DNA from: Eledone cirrhosa
Taxonomy: Eukaryota
Length of the DNA: 64,000 nucleotides
Direction of reading: 5' to 3'
NCBI GenBank assembly: GCA_964016885.1
Contig: OZ024742.1
Span: forward strand, 75,268,001 to 75,332,000
This document shows, in pieces, positions 11,611-26,037 of the stretch. The first letter of the stretch is position 1. Each line of letters begins with the position of its first letter. The translations under genes and the position numbers were made by a program. The notes under the pieces are model-generated. The model was not told the DNA's origin. It ran no database searches and saw only the letters and a program-made list of their open reading frames with translations.

Positions 11611-14229
11611 TTAGAGAAACTATTCTTCAACCCAGCTGACAAAACATATAAGATGGGTAATATCTATCCTACGAGGTTACCCTTTAATAAAAGGGTTTGC
11701 AAACCACAACAAATAGATGACGAGATAGAGGCACAGTTCACCATAGCGAGAATTAAGGTTAGACAAATAGTAGACCGGTTACTAAGAGACAGAGCAGACC
11801 AGAGGTTCAACAACTTGGGTGGAAACCTGTAGAAGGCTTGGTTAGCCTCAAGCAGCGCACAAGGGATGGTGAGGTAGTATGTCTACTCACGGATAAGTCT
11901 GGTAGGATGTCAATAGACAGCATGCTGAACTATATGAAGGCTATGCAACCCCACATCACCAACACGAGCGAAATTGCACATCAAATACATGATGGAAGAG
12001 AGAAAATCCTCAACGCTCACATGATGATGTGGACCGACATCCTAAAGCCAAGCAGACGCACTGCCAACAACTTCCAGGCGTCTAACAATGGCATACCACC
12101 CTTGTATTGACTCAGCAAAGACCACAAGACAGTCGACGACCCGACAACAGGACCACCAACAAGACCTGTATGCGGAGCAAATATAGCTAGCAACTACAGG
12201 ATCTCCTACTCCCTCTCAATGGTTATACGCCTCATAATCAAGATGTCGCCAGATGTATGTGACAGTACAGAGAACCTCCTAAACAGAATCAGTGAGTGCA
12301 ACAAAAACAGGAACCTATCCAACTGCATAATAGGCAGTATGGATGTGGTATCACTGTACCCATCCATTAACATTGATTTTGCTGTGGAAACATGTGTGGA
12401 GATGATCATTGAGAGTGAGGTGGAGTTCTGCGACGTCGACACAGACGAACTGGGCCTCCTACTTAGACTTACCTACGACACTGACTACCTAGACAGCCAT
12501 GACCTTAGACGTTTCTGCCCCAGTAGACCCATAAGAGGTAGACCCCCCACCATAACCTCAATGGCAAAAAAGACTCCCATGGGAAGGTGGATTGGGTGGA
12601 CCAAAGCTATACGGACCCCCCAAAACAATGATCAAGTAAGAAAAATGGTCGCACATGCAATAGGGGCTAGTATCATAACTACTCTAAAGGGCCACATATT
12701 CAAGTTCAACGAGAAGATCTACACCTAAAATGAGGGAGCAGCCGTTGGCGTCAGCATAGCTGGTGACGTTGCCAAACTTTTTATAGTATGGTGGGAAAAG
12801 AGACTCAAAGATCTCCTTGATGAGAGCTCCATAGATCTCATCATGTACTCTCGTTACGTACACGACATTAATATAGTAAAAAGGACACCCCCACAAAAGA
12901 GTAGTAACAAGTATGATTTAGAATGTAGTACAATGGAAAGCATCCAGCAGATAGCTGATTCCATACACCAGAGTATAACTGTAACTATCGACTACCCTTC
13001 CAAACATCCTAACAGTAGACCACCTGTATTAGACACGGAAATCTGGATTAACACTATAGACGAGAGGGCCCAAATTCTCCACTCACACTACGCTAAACCC
13101 ATGGCCTACAAATACCCGATACTCAAAAACTCAGCAATGTCCAGTAGTGCTAAGTTTAATATTCTGATCGCAGACATGGTACGAGTGATGAAGAACGTGT
13201 CCCGTATGTGCGACCCAACAGAAATGGAAAGACACATCCAACACTTCATCAACCGCATGCAGTTCTCTGGCTACAACCAAAGAGACAGAATCAGAGTATA
13301 CAAAGGAACCACGGAGAAGTATAATATCCTCCTCATAGAACTGGACATGAAAGGAATTTGCCCATTATACAGGAGCAAATCATGAAATAGCTTAGATAGG
13401 GCTAGACATGAGATAGGGAAAGCCACCTCATGGTACGACAAGCAGAGACACCACAGTGTCATGTTTGTGGACGCTACCCTTGGAGGGAAATTCGCTAACC
13501 AGTGTAGAAAGGCCCTGACAGAGACCCACTTAAAGATTAAGGTGGTAGAAAAGCCAGGAACCACCATAAAATCCCTGATCAGCAAAACCTACCCTTTTAA
13601 GAAAACCCACTGTACTAATAGGAAATATATCATATATAAAGTAAACCTCGGATAAACTGTAAAACTAGAAACGTAGTCTATAGCATAAGATGTACAGACG
13701 GTACTTGCAGAAACATGACAACAACATACATAGGCGAGACAGCTCGTAGCATAGGTGAAAGGATAGACAAACACTGGGGACGAAAAAACGGTTCAGTACT
13801 ATACGAACATGTCAGACAACAACACGACGGTAACATAGGCAACATAGAAATTAGAATAATATCTAAACATAGAAATAACCCAGCAGATAGGCAAATCAGA
13901 GATGCCAGGGAAATAGAACTTAGAAGGCCAAGGGTAAACAGAAAAAATGAATGGAATAACAACAACATCCAAAGGAACAACACTGACCTAAGTGAAGTAT
14001 AAATAAATAAATACATACATACACAAGCACATTAACAACAAACACATATAAACACACACTAGTAAACTAACCAATACACATTCACCCAAACACGAACACA
14101 CATCAAACAAAATACTATACACACACGCAAACGCATGCGCAGAGAAGACAAAAAATAAACAAATAAACAAATAAATAAACAGACTAAATAAAGATGGTGT
14201 AGGCATACAATGCAACTGGAGGAAACATA

Positions 14230-14283
14230 ATAGCACCACTGACGATGTTGCAGATCTGCAACGAAAGAACTTTGTTAGACTAC
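14230..14283 (+). ncRNA. Minimal hammerhead motif in the family A pLTR
   Basis: CTGACGA-t-GTTGCA-gatc-TGCAAC-GAAA-g-aa-c-TT. Core and stem II are clear; stems I and III are weak. Homologues at 7524 (+), about 9985-10030 (-) and 22990-23035 (-) each carry core mutations. Confidence 0.6.
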
Positions 14284-14754
14284 ATATATATGTTTGTGTC
14301 TATATTGTATCTGTATTTTTAACCGTTGGTCAGTCAATGGTAAACATTGAGGACCGAATAAATTAAATTAACCGATATAAAGGACACAGAAGCGACAACC
14401 AACCAAACAGTGAGTGTGTTCTGTTATTAATTCTGGCAAAATTATTACACATATATGACCCTCTCCAAGTATAACAATATTTGTTTCGACACACGATTTC
14501 ATATCAAAAACCTCACAAAACTATATATATATAAATATATATATATATACAAGTCAATATAAATTAATATATTTGATAAACACAAATACCAACATATCCG
14601 TGTTTGTATTGTAAACGACTAAAGTTAGCTAGATTGAAAAATACTAATTATAATAATACAGTTTGCCTGTCTCTATTTAAAATATTAAATCAATAAAAAC
14701 AAAGCATATTGGCAAATGTGCTTGGACAAATCTAAATTTCAAAATCAAGGTTTG

Positions 14755-14825
<71 letters not shown>

Positions 14826-14975
14826 TATGTGTAGAAGTAAACACAGTAAACCCGTGTCTAAAATAACGAGGGTAGATTACACCACAAATGTTATATATCA
14901 TTAAACCTGAATCATATGGGATGTTACAAGATTTCTTACAAGATTTCTAATAGATACCATATCAATAACCATTTC

Positions 14976-15067
14976 ATCTCCCGGACAGTCTAAAGATTTA
15001 ATCTGTTTCGCCCTGGATGAATCGTGTTTGTAACAAGTAATCCATAGGCATTTCGTCAGCAGGAGAT
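14976..15067 (-). ncRNA. Type I hammerhead motif with AAU insertion after A9
   Basis: Minus strand reads atctcctg-CTGACGA-aat-gcctatggat...atccagggc-GAAA-cag...ctg-TC-cgggagat. Stem I 8 bp, stem II about 9 bp, GUC triplet. Confidence 0.78.
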
Positions 15068-15304
15068 AAGACTAAATGTTACATAACACCTATAATAATA
15101 AACACACTAAACTTTACACCTCGTGCGTTGAAAGTCATATGCGGTGCGAATGGTTATGCTAGAAATAATAGCCTATTTACACTCATTTACACATATTAAT
15201 ATTATAATGCTCAGTATTTATACTTTGAGCTTGTTAATTGCAGGGTATCTATATGAGTTAATAACTCTATATTTTATTTGCATATATATATATTTATATA
15301 TATA

Positions 15305-15405
<101 letters not shown>

Positions 15406-15469
15406 AGAATAGATGGTGGAGAAGGCAATACATTTAAAAACAAACTTTACATCTTATACGGTCTTTGAT

Positions 15470-15570
<101 letters not shown>

Positions 15571-15746
15571 ACTCATATGTGTGTATAAGGCATATACGAT
15601 ATATCAATATATCAATATACAATAAAAATATAATCTCTACCCATAAATACATCGTGTATTTTTTCATATACTCCCCTATATTGAATCATGCTATTCTAGT
15701 GCTGTTGCTCATATACACAGACGCAGACAAACATATGCACACATAC

Positions 15747-15778
<32 letters not shown>

Positions 15779-15802
15779 GCATATATATATATATATAATA
15801 TA

Positions 15803-17030
15803 CAGGCTGTAACAGGTAAATTGGGACAAGTTTCAAATGGGTATATTCCCTATCGTATAGATTTTGCTGGTGTCTAAATTCACAATTTGTTCAATCTGAA
15901 ATAAAAAAAAAACTAGTATGTTGATAAAGAATTAAACCGTAGAAGTGTAATTGTCGAATTATTCCATGCCGGCAAAAGTGGTGGAGAGATTTTTAGAGCC
16001 ACAAATCATACAAATTCTGCTTTTAGAAATGTAACCAATTTGAAGAAAAATCAGGATGTTCAGAGAAAGTCTCACAGTCCTTGCAGTGACTGAAAACGCA
16101 CCCCTCCTTTCTAGCATGACTTGAAAGATCTATTGTGTCGAAGCCATCAACATCAATGGCGAAGTTGGCATAAGATCGAGGAATCAGTAAAATGACCGTT
16201 TCTAGGGCTCTGAGACAAGACCTCCACATGAAATCGTACGCGAGGAGATACCGTAACATTCTAACTACCCGCTCCAAAGCCATACGAGCTGAAAGATGTC
16301 CTAACATCCTTCGTCATCTGAAACATCAGGGCGGAGACGTCCGGATCTTCGTGGATGAAAAGAAGTTTGTGATAGACGAAGTTGCAAACCTCCATATCTC
16401 GCGAGTGATCGTGTACAACCTTTCATCAGTTACTTCAGCTATGCATAGCATGAATCCGGCTTCCATTATGGTCTGTGAAGCTGTTGCAAGTGATACCTCA
16501 TTTTATTGAAGCGGGTCTTAAAATCAACACAGCAGTGTATCTCAAAACCTTAGAAGTTCTGTTGCCTTGGATTAGGAAGTATTATGATACAAGTTGAGTC
16601 TGTTTGTACAGGACACCGCGCTCGTCCATTCTTCGAAAAGAGTGTAAGAATGTGTGAAGCAGGAATTGCCCATGTTTGTCCCTAAAGATATCTCGACCTC
16701 TAGCTCGCCAGATCTGAAGCCGCGTGATTTTAGCTACAGTTGAAGCAATACCCAGCGCAACATCTCACAACTGTGTATCTTCACTGAAGGCTTCTATGAA
16801 GCGAGCATTCGGCAAAAGTAAAAAGGAAGAAATACTTAAGGCATGCGCCTCATTTCATAAATGGATTGAACTACTAAAGAAAGCAAATGACGGTCACAAT
16901 GAACTGAAATAAGTGCTAAACACTCCACAATAAATTGGGATTAACATAAAATTTGCAGTGTTTGATTTTTCCTACTTATACAAATTATAATAAAGATATT
17001 TAAATGGTCCCAATTTACCTGTTACACCTA
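15803..17030 (+). mobile_element. Tc1/mariner DNA transposon, DD37D (maT-type), inactive
   Basis: TIRs tgtaacaggtaaattgggac / gtcccaatttacctgttaca with TA flanks, enclosing a transposase remnant. Confidence 0.9.
15918..16912 (+). pseudogene. DD37D transposase pseudogene
   Basis: RRSVIVELFHAGKS (HTH), IFVDEKKF, PASIMV, then FVQD-(37 codons counted, including one stop)-D within SPDLKPRDF. Ends KACASF...GHNELK*. Confidence 0.88.
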
Positions 17031-17040
17031 TATACATAAA

Positions 17041-17243
17041 TACGAGGGTAGGTTGAAATGTTCATAGGCTGAATATGAAGGAGTGATGCAAATATTGTGA
17101 AATATTTCATGCATTAATTTCAATTCTTCTTATTAATAACTGCCTTGTTTCTTATTAATAACTGCCTTGTTTCTTTCCCATGAGAGAATCTTTGTTAGCC
17201 TATGAACGTTTCAGCCGATGAACCTTTCAGCTCAGCCTTCTAC
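17041..17243. mobile_element. Mariner-type MITE
   Basis: Left end tacgagggtaggttgaaatgttcataggct. The right end contains agcctatgaacgtttcagcc (inverse match, partly duplicated). Non-coding. Confidence 0.6.
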
Positions 17244-17675
17244 ATATGCATGCACGGATGTCATAAGAAATAGCAAAGTGTCACAACTGCTCATGTTTCC
17301 CATAATCGTATGTAGAGAGTAAATTAGTATTTAATTGTTAGAATTAATTATATTAAATTCGGTAAGAAGCAATCTATATGATATTGAATGCTGAACATGA
17401 ATTGATGTTATATTTAAGTTATGAAACTAACGTTTATAACTTGTATAGTTATAGTACTAATGTTCATAACTTGTAGTGTTGTGGTGAAGCTAAATTCGAT
17501 ATTGGAAACATCACTATAAATTTGACCTTGTCATACTTATCTAAAAATCTCATTAGCGACAAACAAGTTTATATTCGTGTTGTGACAGGTAATTACACTA
17601 ACACCTGACAATATTTTCACCCCCCCCCCCACACACAAACACACACACAGACACATACACCCCCCACACACACAT

Positions 17676-17706
<31 letters not shown>

Positions 17707-17829
17707 CACACACACACATACACACAAATACATACACAGAAAAAAACAATCACAGTGGAGTTTAATAGAATTCAGGTAAATAAACGCCATTTGCTTCTTT
17801 ATAAAAGTAGATTAGTCATCTGCACAAGT

Positions 17830-18520
17830 TGAATATGTTTTTTTTTCATCAATTCAATAATCATGGCGGGCTTGATAGAAATACGTGGTGTCGAGTCTGG
17901 TGGGTGTGGAATTAGTCGGTTGGAATTTGCAGACAACACGATACTACTTAACTCGTCGGAAGGTGATCCCCGATATGCACTTGATATGTTGCTGTTGAGT
18001 GCTGCACGACAGGACTGAAAATAAGAGCTGCGAATTTGAGAAACGGGTCCTTTCTAGGGTGTCTGTTTGTGAGTGAAGTTGCACTGAAGCAGGTGGAGAT
18101 GTTCAAGTATCTCGGATCCGTTTCATGATTGATGAAAGTCAGGAGGCAGAATTAAATAGAACTATCTTCAATTCGATGTTCGTTCCTACCCTTAGCTATG
18201 GTCATAAATCTTGGCTAATGAACGAAATCAGGCGGCCGAAATGGGATTCCTCTGGTGTGTGTTTGTAGTAACGTAACTCGATAAGGTGCCAAGTGTGGAG
18301 ATGAAGGAATCTCTCTATATAGAGCTGCTAATTATACGAATCGAGACATCACTGCTCCTATACTACAGACGTTGGGTTAGAATGTCCAATGAAAACATTA
18401 TGAACAGAGTTTACGGGAAAAACCAACCGACTGGAGAGCCAGAAATAGTCCTCGAACAAGCTAGTGTGATGGTGTTGTAGAAGAAGATGACTGTTAGGTT
18501 GAGAAGAGATGGTTGTCAAT
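17830..18520 (+). mobile_element. RTE-clade LINE RT fragment, old
   Basis: FADNTILL, LKQVEMFKYLGS, FVPTLSYGH.SW, EMGFL, RIETS.L. Boundaries approximate. Confidence 0.75.
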
Positions 18521-19046
18521 ACTACTATAATAACAACGGTCTGGTAGTAGGAGGAGACGGTCATCTTCCAGATGTTCCTACAACGATAACTTACTATTTT
18601 CAACATTTAGAGGTAGTGACCGTCACTTCCGCCCCAATTCTAGGTGTCATACAGTGGCCGGCTGGCATAGAAACATCAACACATTCTGCCCTACCATGTA
18701 TCATGAAACGAACATTTTTTTCGAGGAAATCTTTTGAGTTTTCTGAGGAAGTATTTCAATAATTTAATATTTTTAAGGTGTGTGAAATTTTTAAAAGGAT
18801 TTCTATACCCTGTGATTAGCTAAAGCTACGGGAATGGATAGGAAGAAAATTATCTAGACGTAGAACATAGCGGAATGTGTATTATGGAGATAAAAATAAA
18901 CCTACTTACAACTGCACACCATTTTCGATCTATTTAATAGCCTATAATGCTCCGGCTTGTACCATATATACATATTTTTGAACGCTTTATTCTATCTCCA
19001 TTACGACCATACGACTAAGTGTTCACATCCCTGGTCGGTTAGCCCC

Positions 19047-19081
<35 letters not shown>

Positions 19082-19083
<2 letters not shown>

Positions 19084-19420
19084 TAGCAGCAGGACCCGGC
19101 GTTGAACGGGGTAGGAAACGTGAAATAGCAACACGCATATGCAAAGATTGAGGATTGTAGCTGTGTACTTTTTGAATTCCCTTATTATCAGGGGATGATT
19201 GTTCATCTACTGGAAATGTAGAACACCAACAGGCCCGAAACGTGAAACATCTGCATGCATGGGAACAAACTGAAGAAAATCAGCTGGATACTCTTTAAGC
19301 GTACTAAATCTTAGAGTATGATTTTTCTTCCATTTGGAGAAAATCGGTTAGGTACTTTTCGAGTTTTATAGATTCGCACCCAGTCATCCAGACAGACATC
19401 ATCAGTTATGTCTATTGCAC
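19082..19420 (+). mobile_element. Helitron/Helentron-like non-autonomous element (DINE-like)
   Basis: 5' ACTAG followed by the short hairpin acccggcgttgaacggggt. 3' aaaatcggtt...ttttcgagtt...cagacagac. Recognised by pattern only. Confidence 0.5.
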
Positions 19421-19689
19421 CTGCATGCATACTGTACAGAGTAAAGCCTGCAATGCTTAAGACATGTCATTCAACCACACAGCATGTTGGACCTTCCCCA
19501 CAGGAGACCATAGCCTCTTCGTAAATCTATCCAATCTGATAGAGACTGAACTGTTATATCGGATGCCGAACGCTTCGGAGATACGATTGGGGTCACCATC
19601 GACAATTTCAAGGGATGTACGTTTAAGTAGGGATAATATAGTCTATAAAGAGAGGCAACTCTTTCAAAATACTACATTGTAGACAAAAT

Positions 19690-19915
19690 TTCCGAACTAA
19701 ATGAAAAAAAAGGCTTAAAGTTTTAGTGAAAAAACAAACACTTTTTACAACAGAAAATTTAAAAATAAAAGCTGCAGTAAATATCTTTAGATCGCAAGGA
19801 ATATATAAATGCAAGTTTGAAGTCAATCGGAGTAGAAATATGGATTTGTATAGACTTTGCCAATATTAGGACACACACACACACAGACAACTTCAGTTTT
19901 ATATATATGTATATA
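19690..19915 (+). mobile_element. 3' end of a second Helentron/DINE-like element
   Basis: aagtttgaagtcaatcgg...(CA)n-gacaacttcagttttatatatat terminus pattern. Confidence 0.4.
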
Positions 19916-21081
19916 TATATATATATATATAGTAATAATCATAAATTTGAAGACTAAAATCCAAAGAGGGCTCGATAAGGATAAATATATATTAAATATA
20001 TAAGAACCGTAGTGCAAATATTTATTAAAATAACAGATTTTTCACCGCTCCAAATAATGACGTATTATCTTCGTTTTTTCCCGTTCTTTGCCAGGGAACG
20101 TTTCCACGAACCAAAATATCGTCTTCCTGTCTTCCTCCGGTTGCAACGGTTTTTGAAATATTTACTTCTGCGTTCATAGATTGACTTTTTTAGTTTCAGA
20201 AGATCCCGTTAAGTGTGAAAGCAGCGATTCTTTGCTTAAACTTTAATCTGTTATTTTAATATATTTATCTGCAATCTCTGTTAATCTGCAATCTCTGCCT
20301 AAATGAAAAATTTACCATTATCTCTAATCTAGATTCTATAATAAATAGACGTACAGATTTGTTTTCTATCTGCCTGCATAAATTCCATAGGACTTTTCAC
20401 AAAGTATACAGCTAATATTCAATTCTTTATCAATTTAGAATCTTTTCTCAAAGGCACATATACATACACCTCTTTAAAATATACCCATCTTCCTACCTTA
20501 CTTCAAAGGGCATTATACACTCTATAATACTTGTTTACTCATTACCCTCATTCTATCTTCACCTTGTAAAATCCTTCATAACATATACATTTGTTTTTTT
20601 GACGTTAGAATATTCATCCGCAATTATTATTATTTTTTCTCTCCATCATCAAACTTTTCTCTTCGTTAATTTTGAAATTGCCATAATACTTATAAACATA
20701 CACCTTTTTGACGTTAGAACATTCATCCGCAATTATTATTTTTTCTTTCTATCTTCAAACTTTTTAATCTCAATACATATCAACTCCCTCTCTTTCCCTT
20801 CGTTAATTTTCAAATTCTTTTAATTTATACATTATCTTCCAACGGTTCTCAACCTCTCTATGTAAAACAATATATCTTTTCTCAGTTATAAAAACTATCT
20901 CTTTCTCTCTATCACCCATCTCTCCCTCTCCACCTTCACTCTCATCTCCTTTTTTTCATCCTTTCCACCCCCCCCCTCTCTAAATAAAATATTTTTCCCA
21001 ATATCACACATCAATCTAAAACTACTTTTCATAAGTTGATTTAAAACTGCACTATCCACAAGTGTTTTTTAGCCTTCATAT

Positions 21082-21166
21082 CATGTTCTCCTGTTTTATC
21101 TGATGAAAACACAAATATTATTGCATGATGATGTTTGTTTTTGAAATGCGCATAATAAAATACATG
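21082..21166 (+). ncRNA. Type I hammerhead ribozyme motif
   Basis: catgt-[bulge]-gttttat-CTGATGA(21100)-aaacacaaata...tgtttgttttt-GAAA(21143)-tgcgca-TA-ataaaat-acatg. Palindromic stem III, AUA triplet. Confidence 0.75.
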
Positions 21167-21192
21167 GAACTCCTTTAACCATCTTTTGATCT

Positions 21193-21292
<100 letters not shown>

Positions 21293-21463
21293 CGTTCCGT
21301 CACGCACAAGGCGCCAAGGTACGCATGTATTGTCCAACCAAATGCCAATGTGGTTCAATGGCGGGTTAATAAATTAACGAGCCAGAACAAATATAAACAA
21401 GGTTTAGTAAATAATGAAAAAGTTTCAAAATAAAAGGAATTTTATATTCTTTGAATGAAAAGA

Positions 21464-21547
21464 ACCTTCTGACGAGAATCTCTCTTTGCAACGAAGGCCG
21501 TATGGTCTCCGTTTTATTTTTGGGATTCGAAACCGATCGGTAAAGGT
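21464..21547 (+). ncRNA. Type I hammerhead ribozyme, intact (copy 1)
   Basis: acctt-CTGACGA-gaatctc...gggattc-GAAA-ccgatcgg-TA-aaggt. GUA triplet, predicted cut after 21542. Confidence 0.9.
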
Positions 21548-21946
21548 AACTATAGTAGGTAAAGTCAATTTTTTAAAATTTATTTTGAAACTTTTTCATT
21601 ATTTACTAAACCTTGTTTATATTTGTTCTGGCTCGTTAATTTATTAACCCGCCATTGAACCACATTGGCATTTGGTTGGACAATACATGCGTACCTTGGC
21701 GCCTTATGCGTGAAGGAACGTATTTCATATTACTACTACCTCCACTAACGTTGAGAACAAACCGGGTCATTCCGACTGCTGCTAGCAATAGCAGTGGCTA
21801 GTTTGACCTACCTCCTTTTGCCTCTATCTTTGCTACGGCCCTTGATAAACCTGTTCTACATCATCCACTCTCATCCCAGGAACAGTTTTTGATAGCGCTA
21901 GTTTGTGATTTAAATTCAGGAATTTTATATTCTTTGAATGAAAAGA

Positions 21947-22030
21947 ACCTTCTGACGAGAATCTCTCTTTGCAACGAAGGCCGTATGGTCTCCGTTTTAT
22001 TTTTGGGATTCGAAACCGATCGGTAAAGGT
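21947..22030 (+). ncRNA. Type I hammerhead ribozyme, intact (copy 2)
   Basis: Identical to copy 1. Predicted cut after 22025. Confidence 0.9.
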
Positions 22031-22097
22031 AACTATAGTAGGTAAAGTCAATTTTTTAAAATTTATTTTGAAACTTTTTCATTATTTACTAAACCTT

Positions 22098-22172
<75 letters not shown>

Positions 22173-22176
22173 TATG

Positions 22177-22303
<127 letters not shown>

Positions 22304-22661
22304 ATATATATAATTCTCTTTGCCTTTGTCACTCTAAGTAGAGCTCTAAAAATTAGCTTTTAAAAATTTCCCTTTTCTTTAAATCCATCAACAATGACCA
22401 ACCCCCAACCATCTTAGAACACCAGAAATATAGGCATTGTTAGCGTAAGAGAAACTTAAAAATAACGAGTGACACCCCAATTTGAACTTGTTTATAGAAT
22501 TCTTTCTGCCTTTGTCACTCTAAATATAAATTATAGCCTTAAAGAATTACCTTTTATTGAATTTCCTTTTCTTTCAACCAATGATCTCTACCCATCCCAC
22601 TCCCCACTCTCTCCTACCACCTGAAAAGACATAAATACCACAACATATATTTTGGACAGCC

Positions 22662-22712
22662 AGATTCCTGATGATTTCTAAAGAATGAAACAGTTCTAGT
22701 CCTGTAGAATCT
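22662..22712 (+). ncRNA. Compact type I hammerhead motif
   Basis: agattc-CTGATGA-tttctaaagaat-GAAA-cag-ttctagtc-ctg-TA-gaatct. Stem I 6 bp, GUA triplet. First stem II pair is mismatched (U/U). Confidence 0.75.
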
Positions 22713-22794
22713 CATCTATATTAAAACTTTTATACTTTGCTATGTATTGAGTACCTTTCTTACTGGTGTTACCTCCGATTCAACTTGGAATAAC

Positions 22795-24299
<1,505 letters not shown>

Positions 24300-24579
24300 C
24301 AACAACAGGATCTAAATCAACAAACGAAGGAAAGGAATTCGATGTTGAAGGACAATAGGAAAATCTGCATATATATATGTATTTATATACATGTATATAT
24401 ATATTTACATATATATATATATATATATATATATGTATACATACAGATACACAAACACACACACACACACACACATATATATCTATATATATATGTAGAA
24501 GTTATATTTAATTTGTTGGGATACCACAAGCAAATATTTTTATAACTGATATAAAGCACTCAACAAATTTTTGGAAAAA

Positions 24580-24880
24580 AATACAATATATTAACAAATG
24601 GAAACTATATTTATAAAACCATATTTATTTCATAATACATATTTCAAGGACACCAAAGCAAATTATGGTGCGCTTTCATCAGATAAAATATAATATAAAT
24701 CAGTTTTATGAACAAATATTGACATACCCTTAAAAGAATGCGACCATGTCTGTTGGAAGCCCCCGGATAGTGGGGTTACTAATTTTATTATTGGTCTATT
24801 ATGCAAATTAGTGTCCTTGAAATATGTATAATGAAATAAATATGGTTTTATAAATATAGTTTCCATTTGTTAATATATTG

Positions 24881-24883
<3 letters not shown>
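24580..24883. repeat. Inverted repeat, arms about 73 bp
   Basis: 24580-24652 (atacaatatattaacaaatgg...caaggacac) is the inverse of 24811-24883. The right arm runs into (TA)n. Confidence 0.85.
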
Positions 24884-24967
<84 letters not shown>

Positions 24968-25647
24968 CGGGTATATATATATATATATATACGAATGAAA
25001 CGTCCACGAATTACGAGAAAAGTAGAAGAAGAATATCGATATTTTGATATACTGATTGTGATTTTCTCGTCAAAATTCTAAAGATCTCAAAAGACACTAA
25101 CCATCTATTCTTGATGTTGGCAGATCTGTAATCGAATTAGGTAATATATATTGCTAGAACCTGACTGGAAAATAATTAATATAATTGCTTACACTTTACC
25201 TGACCCTGAAACAGAATGTACACAAATCATTATTGAATAGAATATTCTATATGAAGCAGAGAAGCGAAATCTAGTGCCAATATTTTGTCATTTTCCGCTT
25301 CTTCTTCTATTATATTAGTTCTTTAATCATGCGCCATTTGTCATTCTTGATATGAATAATAACGAAACCATTATTAAAAACACAAACATTCACACCACAT
25401 AACACCACAATGTATATACAGCTGAATTATTTTAGACGTATGATAAAAACATATTTTCTTCTAGGTCAAAGGATATAATCCATATTCTATAGGAATCAGG
25501 ATTAAAAATATAATATAAAGAAAAAATATGAAAGAATAATATCAATATCGAAAATGAAAGAAATACAACAGTTAGAAGATTAGTCACCAAATAACTCAAC
25601 AGCTCGCTGGCTCTCTCTCTTAATCTGTATATGTCTCTCACTTTCAC

Positions 25648-25711
<64 letters not shown>

Positions 25712-25843
25712 AGTGAGTGTGTGCGCGCGTGTGTCTGTGTGTGTGTACATATATATATATATATACACATATACATATATGTACATATATATATATAGAG
25801 AGAGAGAGAGAAAGAGAGATAGATAGATAGATAGAAAGATCGA

Positions 25844-25908
<65 letters not shown>

Positions 25909-26002
25909 CTCTCTCTATATATATATATATATATACATATATATATGTACATATATGTATATATATATGTACACACACACTGACACACGCACACACACGC
26001 AC

Positions 26003-26037
<35 letters not shown>

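Larger units (their letters stand above)
10531..14480 (+). mobile_element. Penelope-like element family A, near full length (RT plus C-terminal GIY-YIG, pLTR with HHR)
   Basis: Motifs in order: LPPRFAIY, TDKSG, RPVCGA, MDVVSLYPSI (RT motif A), GAAVG (B'), YSRYVHD (C, degenerate YVDD), HYAKPMA, Cys-rich linker, NVVYSIRC...TYIGETAR, REIEL..P.VNRK. Multiple stops. Confidence 0.93.

Noticed and set aside
10531-14000. Selenoprotein (Naiad-type) recoding of the PLE stops
   Set aside because: The endonuclease is C-terminal, the stops are mixed TAA/TAG/TGA and differ between copies, and frameshifts are present. This is ordinary decay.
19350-19412. Minus-strand CTGATGA...GAAA
   Set aside because: No stem I or stem III pairing. 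It lies within a Helitron-like terminus.
24995-25080. Hairpin acgagaaaa/ttttctcgt with TTGACGA on the minus strand
   Set aside because: No correctly placed GAAA and no stem III.
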